A stretch of 63,829 nt of DNA, the filler included, from Chiloscyllium plagiosum (Eukaryota): assembly GCF_004010195.1 (NCBI RefSeq). It is 5 parts of one record of this genome, joined end to end, with 100 filler letters (N's around TTAATTAATTAA, not from the genome) between each part and the next. Parts side by side here need not be neighbours in the genome. Positions count along the whole stretch, not along the records: positions 19,977 to 50,766 come from NC_057711.1; 4 more parts are not named here. One strand, given 5' to 3'. Position 1 is the first letter of the stretch. Every line of letters starts with the position of its first letter. Below are positions 24,414 to 37,366 of the stretch, piece after piece. A program made the translations under genes and the position numbers. The notes beneath the pieces were generated by a model. The model made no database searches and was not told the DNA's origin. It worked only from the letters and a program-made list of their open reading frames with translations.

Positions 24414-25589
24414 AATCTGAGCACAGAGTCCAATCATTCCTTGCTCTCTAAATCCCAGACCCAACTCATTTTATTATGGTATTTTCCATAGCAGAGAGAC
24501 TTTCTTTCCTGAATGAACAAGCTATCATTTACCCAATGGCTTTTCTCTTACCTACATGCATCTTAAGCTCATGTAATAAACTTCATTATTCATGCTTAAG
24601 TTCCAATGATTTTATTCTTTCATATCTATCATACAATTCCATAAAAAAACTTTACCTATTTATATCTGTTTCCTTATCTTGCACGAGCCTTTCTCATGAG
24701 TACGTCATGTAGTCATATGAAAACAAATAGTATGGGAATTTTTGTCCCTCAACCATTTAAACATTATATCTGGATCATATATACTATGATATAAATAGAA
24801 CATAATTTAGTCAACTTTGATTTCATGCTTAAATCTGCTATTCATTTATCTGGAATGAAGTAAGAAAGCTAATTACTGAAATCTTGTTAGCTTCAATATG
24901 TTAGCTTTTTCTGCAGCAATTTGTAGCACAAAGCCTTTTGTGATTTATAAGCTTCACACTGACCATAAGTAAGGAACAACCTGTTCAGAACATATCTTAG
25001 CTATAAAAAATATTCATTGTGCTGGTTGGTAGCCTCCAAAAAGTTCCTCCTGTTCAGAAAGATATAAATCCAAGGCCGCATGAAGTCCAAAGGAAGATTA
25101 ATTGAGTGAATCAAATCTTCAACATATTGTCTGAAGAATCTTATTGGTGAGGGATCAGGATATCTAAGTGTGCAAATCATGAAGAGCTAGTGTTGGATAC
25201 AAAAACTGGTGAAAAAGATTAAATAAGCATCAGCCTTTATCTCGAGGGAGCTAGAATAGGAAGAGTGAGCAGTGTTGCTATAGCTGCTTGTATCCCTGGA
25301 CAGAGTAATTTGTAGGTTGGATGGAGAGCATGAGTGAAGACATATTCATATGTGAAGTCTGGTTTTGTACAGAGTACCATGCCAAGACAGGTTCTGACAG
25401 TAAACTTTCCAAACACTTTCAAGTGTTTAAGAGGTTAATGTAAGTGAGGACTACAGCGCTGCTTGAGGATTTGAAGTAACAACTGATCTCTTTTACTTTG
25501 ACTAACATTTCTTCCTTTGTGGCATAATGCAAGTGATACGGACAGACCTGGTGATTTAGTGGTAGATCAGAAGACTGGTCAGGTTTACA

Positions 25590-27190
25590 AAAGTAGCAAA
25601 GATGATTAAAAATGAGGAGAGTGACAAGTATAGTATGAGAGAAAGCTAGCTAGCTATATAAAAGTAGAAAGAAAGAGTTTCTACAAGTATTTCTACAAAG
25701 ATGGACGAGGGAGATCCAGTAGATGTAGTGTACCTGGACCTTCAGAAAACTTTTGATAAAGTCCCACACAGGAGGTTAGTGAGTAAAATTAAGGCACATG
25801 GTATTGGGGGCAAAGTACTAGATTGGATTGAAAATTGGTTGGCTGATAGGAAACAAAGGGTCGTGATAAACGGCTCCATTTCGGAATGGCAGGCAGTGAC
25901 CAGTGGGGTACCGCAGGGATCCGTGTTGGGACCGCAGCTTTTTACAATATATGTTAATGATGTAGAAGATGGTATCAGCAATAACATTAGCAAATTTGCT
26001 GATGATACAAAGCTGGGTGGCAGGGTGAAATGTGAGGAGAATGTTAGGAGATTACAGGGTGACCTAGACAAGTTAGGTGAGTGGGCAGATGCATGGCAGG
26101 TGCAGTTTAATGTGGATAAATGTATGGTTATCCACTTTGGTAGCAAGAACAGAAAGGCANNNNNNNNNNNNNNNNNNNNNNNNNNNNNNNNNNNNNNNNN
26201 NNNNNNNNNNNNNNNNNNNNNNNNNNNNNNNNNNNNNNNNNNNNNNNNNNNNNNNNNNNNNNNNNNNNNNNNNNNNNNNNNNNNNNNNNNNNNNNNNNNN
26301 NNNNNNNNNNNNNNNNNNNNNNNNNNNNNNNNNNNNNNNNNNNNNNNNNNNNNNNNNNNNNNNNNNNNNNNNNNNNNNNNNNNNNNNNNNNNNNNNNNNN
26401 NNNNNNNNNNNNNNNNAACTTCTTCACCCAGTGAGTGGTGGCTGTGTGGAATGCTCTGCCCCAGAGGGTAGTGGAGGCCCAGTCTCTGGATTCATTTAAG
26501 AAAGAGTTGGATAGAGCTCTCAAAGATAGTGGAATCAAGGGTTATGGAGATAAGGCAGGAACAGGATACTGATTAGGAATAATCAGCCATGATCATATTG
26601 AATGGCAGTGCAGGCTCGAAGGGCTGAATGGCCTTATCCTGCACCTATTGTCTATTGTCTATTGTCTATTTCTAGGAACAGAATAACTAAAGCTAGTGCT
26701 GGTCACGATAGAATGAGTCTGGAGTTCTGATATCGGAAAACAAGGAAATAGCAGAAGTGTTGACCAGCTATTGTCTGCCGTCTTCATTGTAGAATACAAG
26801 AAAACTTTCCAAAGAGACTTGAAAATCATGAGACAAATGAGAGGGAGGAACTTAAAACAATCACCATCACCAGAAAGTAGGAAACAACAGGTTAGTTTAT
26901 ATAACATCTGTGTCATAAGAAAATGACTAGAATCCATTATTGAGGTTATACCACTATACTTCAAAAATCAGAATCCATTTGGGCAGAGTCAACATAGATT
27001 TGTGACAGGAGAATCAAGTTTAACTAATTTATCCAAGTTTCTTTGAGGATGTAACATGGAAAGTGAATAAAGGGAAATGTGTAGATATGGTATATGTGGA
27101 TTTCTAAGATATTTGTGAAGGTTGTTCGTCAGAGGTTGCTAGACAAGATAGATCACATGGTATAACAGGTACATATTCATGCAAATGCAG
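25590..27190 (+). mobile_element. Old CR1 ORF2 remnant hosting a younger CR1
   Basis: GAGAGAAAGCTAGCTAG...AAAGAGTTTCTACAAGTAT upstream. Downstream: CAGAGTCAACATAGATTTGTG and GATATGGTATATGTGGATTTC. Confidence 0.6.
25696..26666 (+). mobile_element. Young 5'-truncated CR1 with an intact RT segment (25701-26159) and (TATTGTC)n tail; gap at 26160-26416
   Basis: VYLDLQKTFDKV...SGVPQGSVLGPQLFTIYVND...KFADDTKL. TSD TATTTCTA at 25688-25695 and 26667-26674. Confidence 0.93.
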
Positions 27191-27193
27191 GAT

Positions 27194-27340
27194 GGGCGGC
27201 AATAGCATAGTGATATTATCACTAGATTATTAATCCAGAGATCCAGAGATCTGATCGAATCCTGCCATGACAGATGGTGGAATTTGAATTCAATATTAAA
27301 AATCTGGAATTAGGACCATGAAGCCATTGTCAGGCTCACA
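27194..27340 (+). mobile_element. tRNA-headed SINE family 3, 5' part, running into the gap at 27341-27840
   Basis: AATAGCATAGTGATATTATCACTAGATTATTAATCCAGAG...GATCGAATCCTGCCATGACAGATGGTGGAATTTGAATTCAAT. Confidence 0.7.
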
Positions 27341-28684
27341 NNNNNNNNNNNNNNNNNNNNNNNNNNNNNNNNNNNNNNNNNNNNNNNNNNNNNNNNNNNN
27401 NNNNNNNNNNNNNNNNNNNNNNNNNNNNNNNNNNNNNNNNNNNNNNNNNNNNNNNNNNNNNNNNNNNNNNNNNNNNNNNNNNNNNNNNNNNNNNNNNNNN
27501 NNNNNNNNNNNNNNNNNNNNNNNNNNNNNNNNNNNNNNNNNNNNNNNNNNNNNNNNNNNNNNNNNNNNNNNNNNNNNNNNNNNNNNNNNNNNNNNNNNNN
27601 NNNNNNNNNNNNNNNNNNNNNNNNNNNNNNNNNNNNNNNNNNNNNNNNNNNNNNNNNNNNNNNNNNNNNNNNNNNNNNNNNNNNNNNNNNNNNNNNNNNN
27701 NNNNNNNNNNNNNNNNNNNNNNNNNNNNNNNNNNNNNNNNNNNNNNNNNNNNNNNNNNNNNNNNNNNNNNNNNNNNNNNNNNNNNNNNNNNNNNNNNNNN
27801 NNNNNNNNNNNNNNNNNNNNNNNNNNNNNNNNNNNNNNNNCTGGGTACAACACTGTGCAGGAACATTGAAAATAGGACTCCTTCAGACTTATTCAATAAA
27901 GGAGTGCAATTTTCCAAACAATATGATTGTGGTTACTTTGAACATGGGTACAGTACAATAAGTAACAGTGCAGGTTCCTTCCAGCTTCAAAAAGGTTTTC
28001 TGAATCACCAACATCCTATTGGATTATACATGATGTGGGGTTTCTCACTGAGGTTGCCAGAAAGAGACCAGGACCTTTCCCCTCACAGCATATCATTAAT
28101 CCATCTCTGGACACCAAAACAATGTACTGGTTATGGTAAAACTCAAAGTTAGCTAAGTGATGGAAAATCTTACAGTTCCGACAAAGCACAAGCTATTGAA
28201 TAATCAGAACCAAATCCAGCTCAGTTGTCAGGATCAGATCCCCATAATACCTCTGAGGCTTCTCATTCACAGTGTCCACTCAGTCAATTATAGCTTATCT
28301 GAACAACATTCAGAGATTTCAACTTTCTGTCAATTCTTTATCCACCTCGGACTTACCTACAATCCGAAAAATTGTGCAATTGCTTATGTTGACAACTATT
28401 CAAGGATTCTGAGAGGTACAACTATGATATGCAGTAATTTGCTCTTGGGTAGAGTTGTGTGTTTACAATTAAGAGGGATTACCCAAGCAGACACTAAGTG
28501 AATTGGCAATGAAGCCCAATTAGAAGAACACTTTAAAAAAAAAATTGCTGTTACCTACATCATTCTTTTCTCCAATAAGCTTCACTCACAGTTTCAATGG
28601 ATTGCATTAAGTCTTCTTTAGACAATAATGAATCTGACAAAGGATCATCAGTAATGCCCACGACAATCCAGTTTTGTATGAATT

Positions 28685-29190
28685 CTGAAACAAACAAAAG
28701 CAGAAATTGCTGGAGAAACTCAACAGTTCTGGTAGCATCTGTGGAGAGAAAACAATGTGAACATTTTGAGTTCAGTGATCCTTTTTCCGTTGCAGTCAGG
28801 CTTGCTACAGTTCCCTAGTGAGATTCAGTGCATGCTGGAAAAACAACACCTCATTTTCTGCTCAGTGACCCTGCAGTCTTCAGGGCTCAAAATCAACTTC
28901 AATAAGTTTATGGGTGGAACACCTTCTTCCATGTCCTTTATCCATTGCCACCTCTCAAGCCTTGTCATCACACCGGCTTCTTTCAGCAAAGCTAACCTAT
29001 CTTCACCTACTTATACTCCCCAATAGCAGGTTTTCTTTCTCCCTGGTTTACCATTATCTATCCCATTGTCTGCCTAATGGTCGTCTCTGGGCTCTATCTC
29101 CACTCATTGCTTTCTCCTTTACTCCCCACTCCCTATCTTTAGCACATATACCAACCTTTCTGAGCTACTGTTGAATATGTAGAACATCTG
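28685..29190. mobile_element. Old PLE remnant: minus pseudo-LTR arm plus plus-strand GIY-YIG C-terminus
   Basis: GLLQFPSEIQCMLEKQHLIFCSVTLQSSGLKINFN resembles LEEERLIFRLGTLQPQGMNADF in the 35277-35556 copy. Confidence 0.65.
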
Positions 29191-30271
29191 AGAGAGAAAC
29201 TCTGCTGCTCTTCCAATCACGGGAGATAAGGTGAATCACAAAGACTTATTCCAGTTTGATAATCTGATGTAGCTCTGAAGGAGTGTGGCATTATCCTACA
29301 GATAAGAATCTATGCTAAAGTCCTCTGCTGATGGGTCAAATGAAGATAAAAAGGAATCTCTGGCACTGTGACAGGGAAGATACACATTTTGTGGAGCACT
29401 CTTTGATATTACATTATCAATCAATGCAATTTTGCTTTTTTAAAAATGGCTTATTTAATGCCTTGGCGCAAAAGATACTAAGCTGCTAAGCCTGTTCTGT
29501 AATGTTAAGATAAATCAAGATGAAGAGAAGATAAAGAATACACCAAGATTATTACCAGAAACAAAATTAAACTGTGCAAAGATAGATAAATATGACTTCT
29601 ATTTTCACGTCCTAATCTTAATATGAAGTAAATGTGGAAAATGGCCAAATACTCCACAGAACACATCAAATAGCAAATATGATCAAGACAGATCACATGG
29701 ATATATCTCCAATCAACTGGAGACACTGTTGATCAGCAAATGTTATTAAAATTATATAAGGGATTACAATGCTTCAATTTTGATAACATGGCTTTAAAAC
29801 TCCATCATGGACTGTCTCAGTGTTTGATCATGTTCTAGTGGTTCACTTTCCTTTCCTGGGACTGTGCTCACCTGGATTCTGGAATAATAACATTCCCAGC
29901 ACTAACTTATAGTCACAACTACAGATTTTCCACAAGCAGACAACTTTACCAATCCAGTCTCGCCCCTCAATTTTTCCCTGAGCTCCGACCTGATTCAATG
30001 GCACCAAACACTGCACATGGCTTTCCTTCTCTCTCACTCACAGCTGCATTCAGCATTTTGTTCAATCATTTAGTATTAATTTCCTACTCTCTAATTGCCC
30101 TGGGGAAGGTGATGATGATCTGACATCTTGTGTAGGAATACACATAGTGTTGTTGATGTCGGGGTTGGGGAGGGGGGGGGGAGCAGTGGCGGTGTATGGA
30201 AGTTCCACGATTTTGGCTCAGCAATACTTCATCTGTTTGAAGTCTGTCCCCTTTTGTATAGTGCTAGTGTC

Positions 30272-30400
30272 ATCCTGATGAAGGGCTTTTGCCCAAAACG
30301 TCAATTTTCCTGCTCCTCGGATGCTGCTTGACCTGCTGTGCTTTTCCAGCACTGCTCTAATCTGGACTCTGATCTCCAGCATCTATAGTCCTCACTTTTG
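30272..30400 (+). mobile_element. PLE-A pseudo-LTR starting at the HHR (GAAA mutated to AAAA)
   Basis: CTGATGAAGGGCTTTTGCCCAAAACGTC...CAGCATCTATAGTCCTCACTTTT. Confidence 0.82.
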
Positions 30401-31011
30401 ACCCTCATTGTTTCCTCCAAATGTTGTTCATCAGCTAAGAGGTAGGAAGGTACATGGGAGGTTTGGCCTGATACCACAGGAGCTCTTGGGGACTTGGGTC
30501 ATGTTGATGACTCTCAGGATAATTCTTTCCTACCAATAACCCTGGTGAGTTTGCCATGCTGATGGGACAGGGCTTGGGTTAGTGGTATTGATGGAGTTGT
30601 CTGGGACATTGTGTGTAATATATGATTCCATGAGTATGATTCTATTTGGATATTACTGGATCAAACTGTGGGGCAGCTCTCCAAAATTCGACACAAATGT
30701 TCGTAAGGAGATCATGGCATTGTAGACAGGGCTGTGGAGGCCAATATCATTTCTGGTGCCGAGGTCAAACCCAGGTCATCTTCCATATTAATTCCTTCAT
30801 TTAGATGTTGTAGCAGTTTGATTCAGCTGAGTTGCTCGCTCGGCCAATTCAGAGGAGAATTATTGACCTGCAGTCACATGTAGACCAGACCAGTGCTAAA
30901 GGTCTACGCACAGAATCAAGACTGCACCAGTCAGAGACAACAACCTGACCATTATAATCCCATTTCCCAGGAGCTAATCCCATTTTCTTTCTCTTCAAGG
31001 CATTCATGAGC

Positions 31012-32560
31012 TAGAGCCATAGAGATGTACGGCATGGAAACGAACACTTCAGTCCAACTCATCCATGCTGACCAGATATCCCAACCCAATCTAGTCCCAT
31101 CTGCCAGCACCCAGCCCATATCCCTCCAAACCCTTCCTATTCATATACCCATCCAAATGCCTTTTAAATGTTGCAACTGTACCAGCCACCATCACATCCT
31201 CTGGCAGCTTATTCCATACATGTACCACCCTCTGTGTGAAAATGTTGCCCCGTAGGTCTCTTTTATATCTTTCCCCTCTCACCCTAAACCTATGCCCTCT
31301 AGTTCTGGACTCCCCCACCCCAGGGAAAAGACTTTGCCTATTTGCCCGAGCCATGCCCCTCATAATTTTGTAAACCTCTATAAGGTCACCCCTCAGCCTC
31401 CAACACTCCAGGGAAAACAGCCCCAGCCTCTTCAGCCTCTCCCTATAGCTCAAACCCTCCAACTGGCAACATCCTTGTAAATCTTTTCTGAACCCTTTCA
31501 AGTTTCACAACATCTTTCTGATAGGAAGGAGACCAGAATTGCATGCAATATTCCAACAGCGGCCGAACCAATGTCCTGTAGAGAGGCAACATGACCTCCC
31601 AACTCCAGTGCTCAATACCCTGACAAATAAAGGAAAGTATACCAAACACTTTCTTCACTATCCTATCTACCTAACTGCCTACCTCTTTTACTTTTCCTGG
31701 AGTTACCCCATCTATGCAACTATATCTGTGACTTTTCCCCCTTCCTATAACTGCCATTCATCACATACCATTGCAGTTGCAAATTCTTCATTGCCTCTAA
31801 CTGTTTCTCCAACCAAACCATTCGATCTGATAGGATTCGCAATTAACAGCATTTATTGCAGATATAATCCCCAGTAACCCTTAAACTCTCTTTAAACTCC
31901 CACGCCTGACAAGAAGCGCATATCGCTCTACTAAAGGCCAGTTTTGCTCCTTCACAATCTACAGACTCAGAAAATAACACCGTCTTATTCCTCAACAAAA
32001 CACTGCCCCAGGTTAAATTAATAGTTATGGCTTATCTTTTAAGTTTAATCAAGAGGCATACCATAAAAAAAGATCATCAAGAAAGAACCCACTCTACTCA
32101 CTACTGCAGACTTTCAGTAGGCCACACTTAAAACAATTCACTTATCTGGTTCTGTGCTGTGAACTTTGCCCAAACAGCTCCTCCAAGATTAGTTGTGAAT
32201 TTCACTGTTTGTTAATTTTCCCAGACGCATTCCGATGTCTAGCGATACATGAATTCAAACAGCAAAGGCAGTAACTCTGCAGGTTCACTGTGGTGTCAGT
32301 TTCTTTCTCTCTCTCTCTCTCTCTCTCTCTGCACTGACCGCACCATGTGCTTCCTTTGTCTGTTCTTCTCCCTTTTAAAACTGCTGTTGTTTTGACTTTT
32401 TTTTCCCAAAGTTTCAAAACAATGTAACAGCATATAAAACAGTAATTGCTGCTCCTGGAATTCGAGGAAATCACCTCCAACACCTAAAATACCTCAAAAA
32501 AGGAGCAGCTATTACAGCCAGAATTTTTTCCCATCCTCCACCTTGAATCACCCAGAAGCC
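31012..32560 (-). mobile_element. HER1-type CR1 3' end (31012-31670) joined to a probable LINE 5' UTR-like segment (31671-32560)
   Basis: ORFs 31091-31501 and 31443-31658 (RLRGDLIEVYKIM, FKRHLDGYMNRK). Assigning the distal segment as 5' UTR is inference. Confidence 0.7.
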
Positions 32561-33124
32561 TCATCCATATTAATTCCTTCATTTCAATGTTGTAGCAGTT
32601 TGATTCAACTGAGTTGCCTGCTAGGCCAATTCAGAGGACAATTAAGAGGCAACCACATTTTTATTGAGCTGCAGTCACATGTGGACCAGCCCAAACCACT
32701 CACTATCCTGACTTGGAAGTATATCATTGTTCCTTCACTGTCAGTGGGTGAAAATCCTAAAATTCTCTTTTGAAGGGTATTGGACTGCAGTGATTCAAGA
32801 AAACAGCTCACCACCATCTTCTCAAGTGCAACCAGGGACAGGCAATAAACACTGGCCCAGCCAGCAACAACAATGTCCCATGAATGAACTTAAAAAAAAA
32901 GTTTCACTCTCCACCACAGTGGATTCAAACCCAGTAGCCTGGATTTCTGGATTACTCGCTGAGTGACATTACCATGATACGATCATTTGTGCATCACTGA
33001 ACTAATAATGCACACTGCTTCTTCCAATTCCCAAGCTTTCAAGACTTTCCGGATCTCTGACACCAACACTTCGTTGCCTACCCACTTATAGAACGTCTCC
33101 CTTGAAAGAGCTTAAACATACAAA

Positions 33125-33335
33125 GAGTCATGCAGACCCTTTAATCCAACTCGTCCCTGCCAAACAAGTTTCCCAAACTAAACTGGTCCCATCTGCCTGC
33201 ACTTGGCCCATATCCCTCCAAACATTTCTTATTCATGTACTTATCCAAATGTCTTTTAAACGCTGTAACTGTACCTGCATCTATCAATTCCTCTGACAGT
33301 TCAGTCCTCATACAAACCACCCTCTGTGTGAAAAA
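33125..33335 (-). mobile_element. CR1 3' fragment
   Basis: FFTQRVVCM...TAFKRHLDKYMNKK. Confidence 0.85.
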
Positions 33336-34726
33336 GTGTCTAATTGCTCCTGACTTCTCACTGTGCCCACAACTACATGGGCTCAATGGACCTCACTTGC
33401 CTTGTCGGCTGTACAGTTTACTAGTTCCATTGTGTCTGGTGCTTGCTTTCTGAGTATGCTTGTCTCTAACTCGACCTAACTGTGACCCAAAACTGTTCTG
33501 CAATGCCCGCTTGTTGTGAATGACACGTTAGAAACTTGGCAACAAATCCTGTTCTTGTTTCTCAGCAGTATTGATTGCAACTAATAGTTTAGGACTGTCA
33601 AATGCAACAATCAGCAGGAGGACGAAAATGTAACAACACTTTGTAATTTTTTTATCTGTCGTGTTGCGAAACGTTCATGAAGAACTGGCTTCAATAGCAG
33701 AAAAAAAAACAAACAAAAAAGTCTAGAATTCATCAGGTAATTGCCTGGCTGCATGTAGCCCAAGTGTTGAATAGCCCTTTAGAACCTATGAGCAATTTTA
33801 ATGTAAGGTATCATAAATATCAAATTTTATTGTTAAGAAGCAGATAATTTGGGAAGAAGAAAATTGAAATAAAACGCAGAAGGTATAATGTAACAGCCAA
33901 AACATGTAACCTTCAACTCTATTGCTATATTGTGTCTGAGCATAAAAACCTCATTGTATCCTTAACAGAACACCATTGAGGGATTTATAGTATTGATTTT
34001 GGCAGGGCTTTCTCTCTTAACTAACCTATTCTGGGTTAGCTACCTTCAATTCAAACTCCCTTAAGTTCTTCCATTTTAAAAAGAGATGATAAAGGAGCCT
34101 CTTTTTTTGACCTTGTTGTCCACTTAAAGCTCAATTGATTTCACATTTCCACTGGTTAGACTAACATCTGTAGTGGGGAGAAAATGTGAATGGTTTTAAC
34201 ATTGGTTCAGTTAATATTGAACCAAAAACATCTGCAGAGGTCATAAAGAACAGCCTGGGTGGATTACAAAGCAAACATGTGTGGAGATTGAGAGGAATAG
34301 ATGCTGAGACCCATTCGCTGTATACAATTTATATGGGCTTTCATTCTGTGGGTATTTTGGATCATACAGAGCAGAAAGAGGCCATTTGGGCCAGCGAGAC
34401 CATATCCCATTTGCCCCAGTGTCCTTGCACTTTCTGCCTAGCCCAGAAATTCTTTTCCAAAACCTCCCTTTTCATAATTTTATGGGATCTGTTGGCACTG
34501 CATTTCTGTGTGTGCTTGTCCAGATTGTTTGAGGAAATTCCAAACATGAAGCTCTGACAGAAGACTTGGGACCATGACATTAAACAAAGATGGATTAAAT
34601 CATTGGGTTGATTAGAGTAGAAGATCAAGAAAACATAGAAGAAAGGAAATCTGATTGGACAATATCTCACCAGATCCTTCAGCAACAATCTATAATTGAG
34701 GAACCTTTAACAAGGCCTTTGAGCTG

Positions 34727-34800
34727 TGACCTATGACTTTTAACCTGTAACCTGTGACTTTTGACCTGCCATTGTGACTTTTGACCTATGACTGGACTTT
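34727..34800 (-). promoter_or_regulatory. Array of nine AGGTCA-like nuclear-receptor half-sites, mostly DR1-spaced
   Basis: TGACCT-a-TGACTT-t-TAACCT-g-TAACCT-g-TGACTT-t-TGACCT-gccattg-TGACTT-t-TGACCT-a-TGACTG. Function is inferred only. Confidence 0.4.
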
Positions 34801-35011
34801 TGCTTGCCCTGTTTTAAAGTAGGAAGGATTGTATTTATAGAAATGTTACAACATTGTACATTGATACCGAATTCAACATTTGGTTTGTTTAACAAGATGC
34901 ATTATTAATGAAAAAATAGTTATGTACTGAAAGCTATGGTGCCCTGTTCTTTGCAGGAAGAAAGAACAGGTACATGGATTGTGCCTGTTTCAACTGTGCA
35001 AAATAGATCAT

Positions 35012-35556
35012 AGGAGAAAGTGAGCTCTGCAGATGCTGGAGATCAGAGCTTAAAAATATGTTGCTGGAAAAGCGCAGCAGGTCAGGCAGCATCAAAGGAG
35101 AAGGAGAATCGATGTTTCAGGAATGAGGAGGGTGTGCCAAGCAGGCTAAGATAAAAGATAGGGAGGAGGGACTTGGGGGAGGGGCATTGGGAATGTGATA
35201 GGCGGAAGGAGGTTAAGGTGAGGGTGATAGGCCGGAGAGGGGGTGGGGGCAGAGAGGTTGGGAAGAAGATTGCAGGTCAAGAAGGCGGTGCTGAGTCTGA
35301 GGGCTGGGACTGAGAAAAGGTGGGGGGAGGGGAAATGAGGAAGCTGGAGAAATCCGCATTCATCCCCTGTGGCTGGAGGGTTCCTAGGCGGAAGATGAGT
35401 CGCTCTTCCTCCAGGCGTCGTGTTGCCATGGTCTGGCGATGGAGGAGGCCAAGGACCTGCATGTCCTTGGCAGAGTGGGAGGGGGAGTTAAAGTGTTCAG
35501 CCACGGGGCGGTTGGGTTGGTTGGTGCGGGTGTCCCAGAGGTGTTCTCTGAAACGT
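35012..35556 (-). mobile_element. PLE-A (Neptune-like) 3' fragment: GIY-YIG C-terminal half plus pseudo-LTR
   Basis: QRFREHLWDTRTNQPNRPVAEHFNSPSHS...LEEERLIFRLGTLQPQGMNADFSSF, then the C-rich tract and tail. Confidence 0.92.
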
Positions 35557-35959
35557 TGAATAGGAGCAAAACAGAGGGATACAGTAAATGAAGACAGTTT
35601 TAGTATGGAAGGGCAAAGTGTGTCGGCGTAGGCTAGGAGGGGCAAAGGGCCTGTTCCTGTGCTGTAATGTTTTGGTTCTTTGTATAACAGCCATTCTCTG
35701 ATTAATTTTCAGGGTAATGACTGGACCCATAAAGTTCAACCTGCCGGTTTTAAAATTTAAATAAAGCTTGGCAGTTAACTGTCAGTCACCATTAACTAGT
35801 TAATTCTCTTCTCATACCATCCAGGTAAGAGTGTCAGAGTCTGATAGAGGTCTGCCTTAAACAGTATACACTATAATGATGTCATATGAACATTGGATGG
35901 AGAAATTGCAGAAAAACGTAGGGCCTTGATGAAGTAAGGTCTAACATCTATGTTTTAAA

Positions 35960-36575
35960 ACCATAAGATTATAAGACATAAAAACAGAAGTAGGTCACTT
36001 GGACCAACTTGTCTGTTTCACCAGTCAATGAGATTGTGGCTGATCTGGTAATCCTCAGCTCCACTTTCCTGCCTTTTCCCCACAACCACCAATTCCCTTA
36101 TTGATCAAAAATCTCAGCCTGGAATGTACTTAATGGTGCACACTATACAGCCCTCTGTGGTAGAGAATTCCGTAGATTCACATCTCTCTTAGAGAAAAAA
36201 ATCCTCATCATCTCTATATACATGTGCAACCCCCATTCTAGTTTATGTGTTCTAGTTTTAGACACTCCTACAAGGGGAAACAACTTTGCTGCATATATCC
36301 AGACAATTCTTTGAAGAGTCTTGTATATTTCAATCAGATTATTTCGCATTCATCTAAATCCCAATGAGTACAGACCTAACCTACTCAATCTTTCCTCATA
36401 AGACAGTCTCTCTGTACGTGGTATGAGTCATGTGACCCTTCTGTGGACTGCCTCCAATGCAAATTTAAATTTCCTTCGATAAGGGATCCAAAACAGTTCG
36501 CAGTATTCCAGCTGACTAACGCTTAACACAGTTTTAACAAAACCTTGCTCCATTCTTTTGAAATAAAGGCATAAT
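35960..36575 (-). mobile_element. CR1 3' fragment
   Basis: MRNNLIEIYK...FFSKRDVNLRNSLPQRAV, with a (CATAAGA)n tail. Confidence 0.82.
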
Positions 36576-37366
36576 CTCTGTAACAATATTTACCACAGCC
36601 GTGCAACTTAATAGTTAGCATGATAATTGCTAATATGCAATAAACTACATCTTATTTAATCAAAAGCCTTTTCTTATGAAATTAAGTGGTGGTTTTCCTT
36701 TACCACACCAGACCAAACAAGCCTGAATTTCTGAACCGAAAGGAGGATGATAGTAACAACTGCTGCCTGTGGTGAAACATTACCGTAGATTGCCACATAA
36801 ATCACCTGTGGTGAAGAATGTTCATACAACTGACTGTTGAATGGAAAGTATGATGAAGCTGTCTGAGATCGTACTGTTCCGATTTCAGGCGATGGTATTA
36901 CTTAACAGGTCTGATCCCAGAATGAAACTTGGTTTGACAGATTGTAAGTTTTATTCTTGCCATTTTTCTACCATTGTGGTCAGCCACAGAACATATTCAC
37001 TGAAGGCAGCCTATCTATTTATTACAGAGCTTGGAGATGAAAGCAACAGACTTTTGTCACTCTGTTGGAAATGGTTTGTGCTTCTGACAAAGTTGCAGAT
37101 ATCAGCAAATATCAGCTGCTTCCCACTTGAATTTGAAATCTGATCAGGACATCATACGTTTATGACAGCAGCATGAACCCATTGCCAAGACTCTGAGGAA
37201 ACTGTGAGAAAGCCATCTCATTCAAGTCTTTCAGTTGGATTTTTGATACGGAGGGTTTTCACTACTTTTCCATTCATAATTGTACTACAGAATTGTGTTT
37301 GTTTGCCTCACCCTGTCTGCATATGAACAGTCTGAGACTGATGAGGATATAGTTCAATCTGCATAG

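Noticed and set aside
33398..33530. Minus-strand peptide ...GTSKLYSRQG resembling FGF13-family KLYSRQG, with a possible GC donor AAG|GCAAGT
   Set aside because: A stop follows immediately, the upstream residues do not match FGF11-14, and the acceptor is weak. Likely chance.
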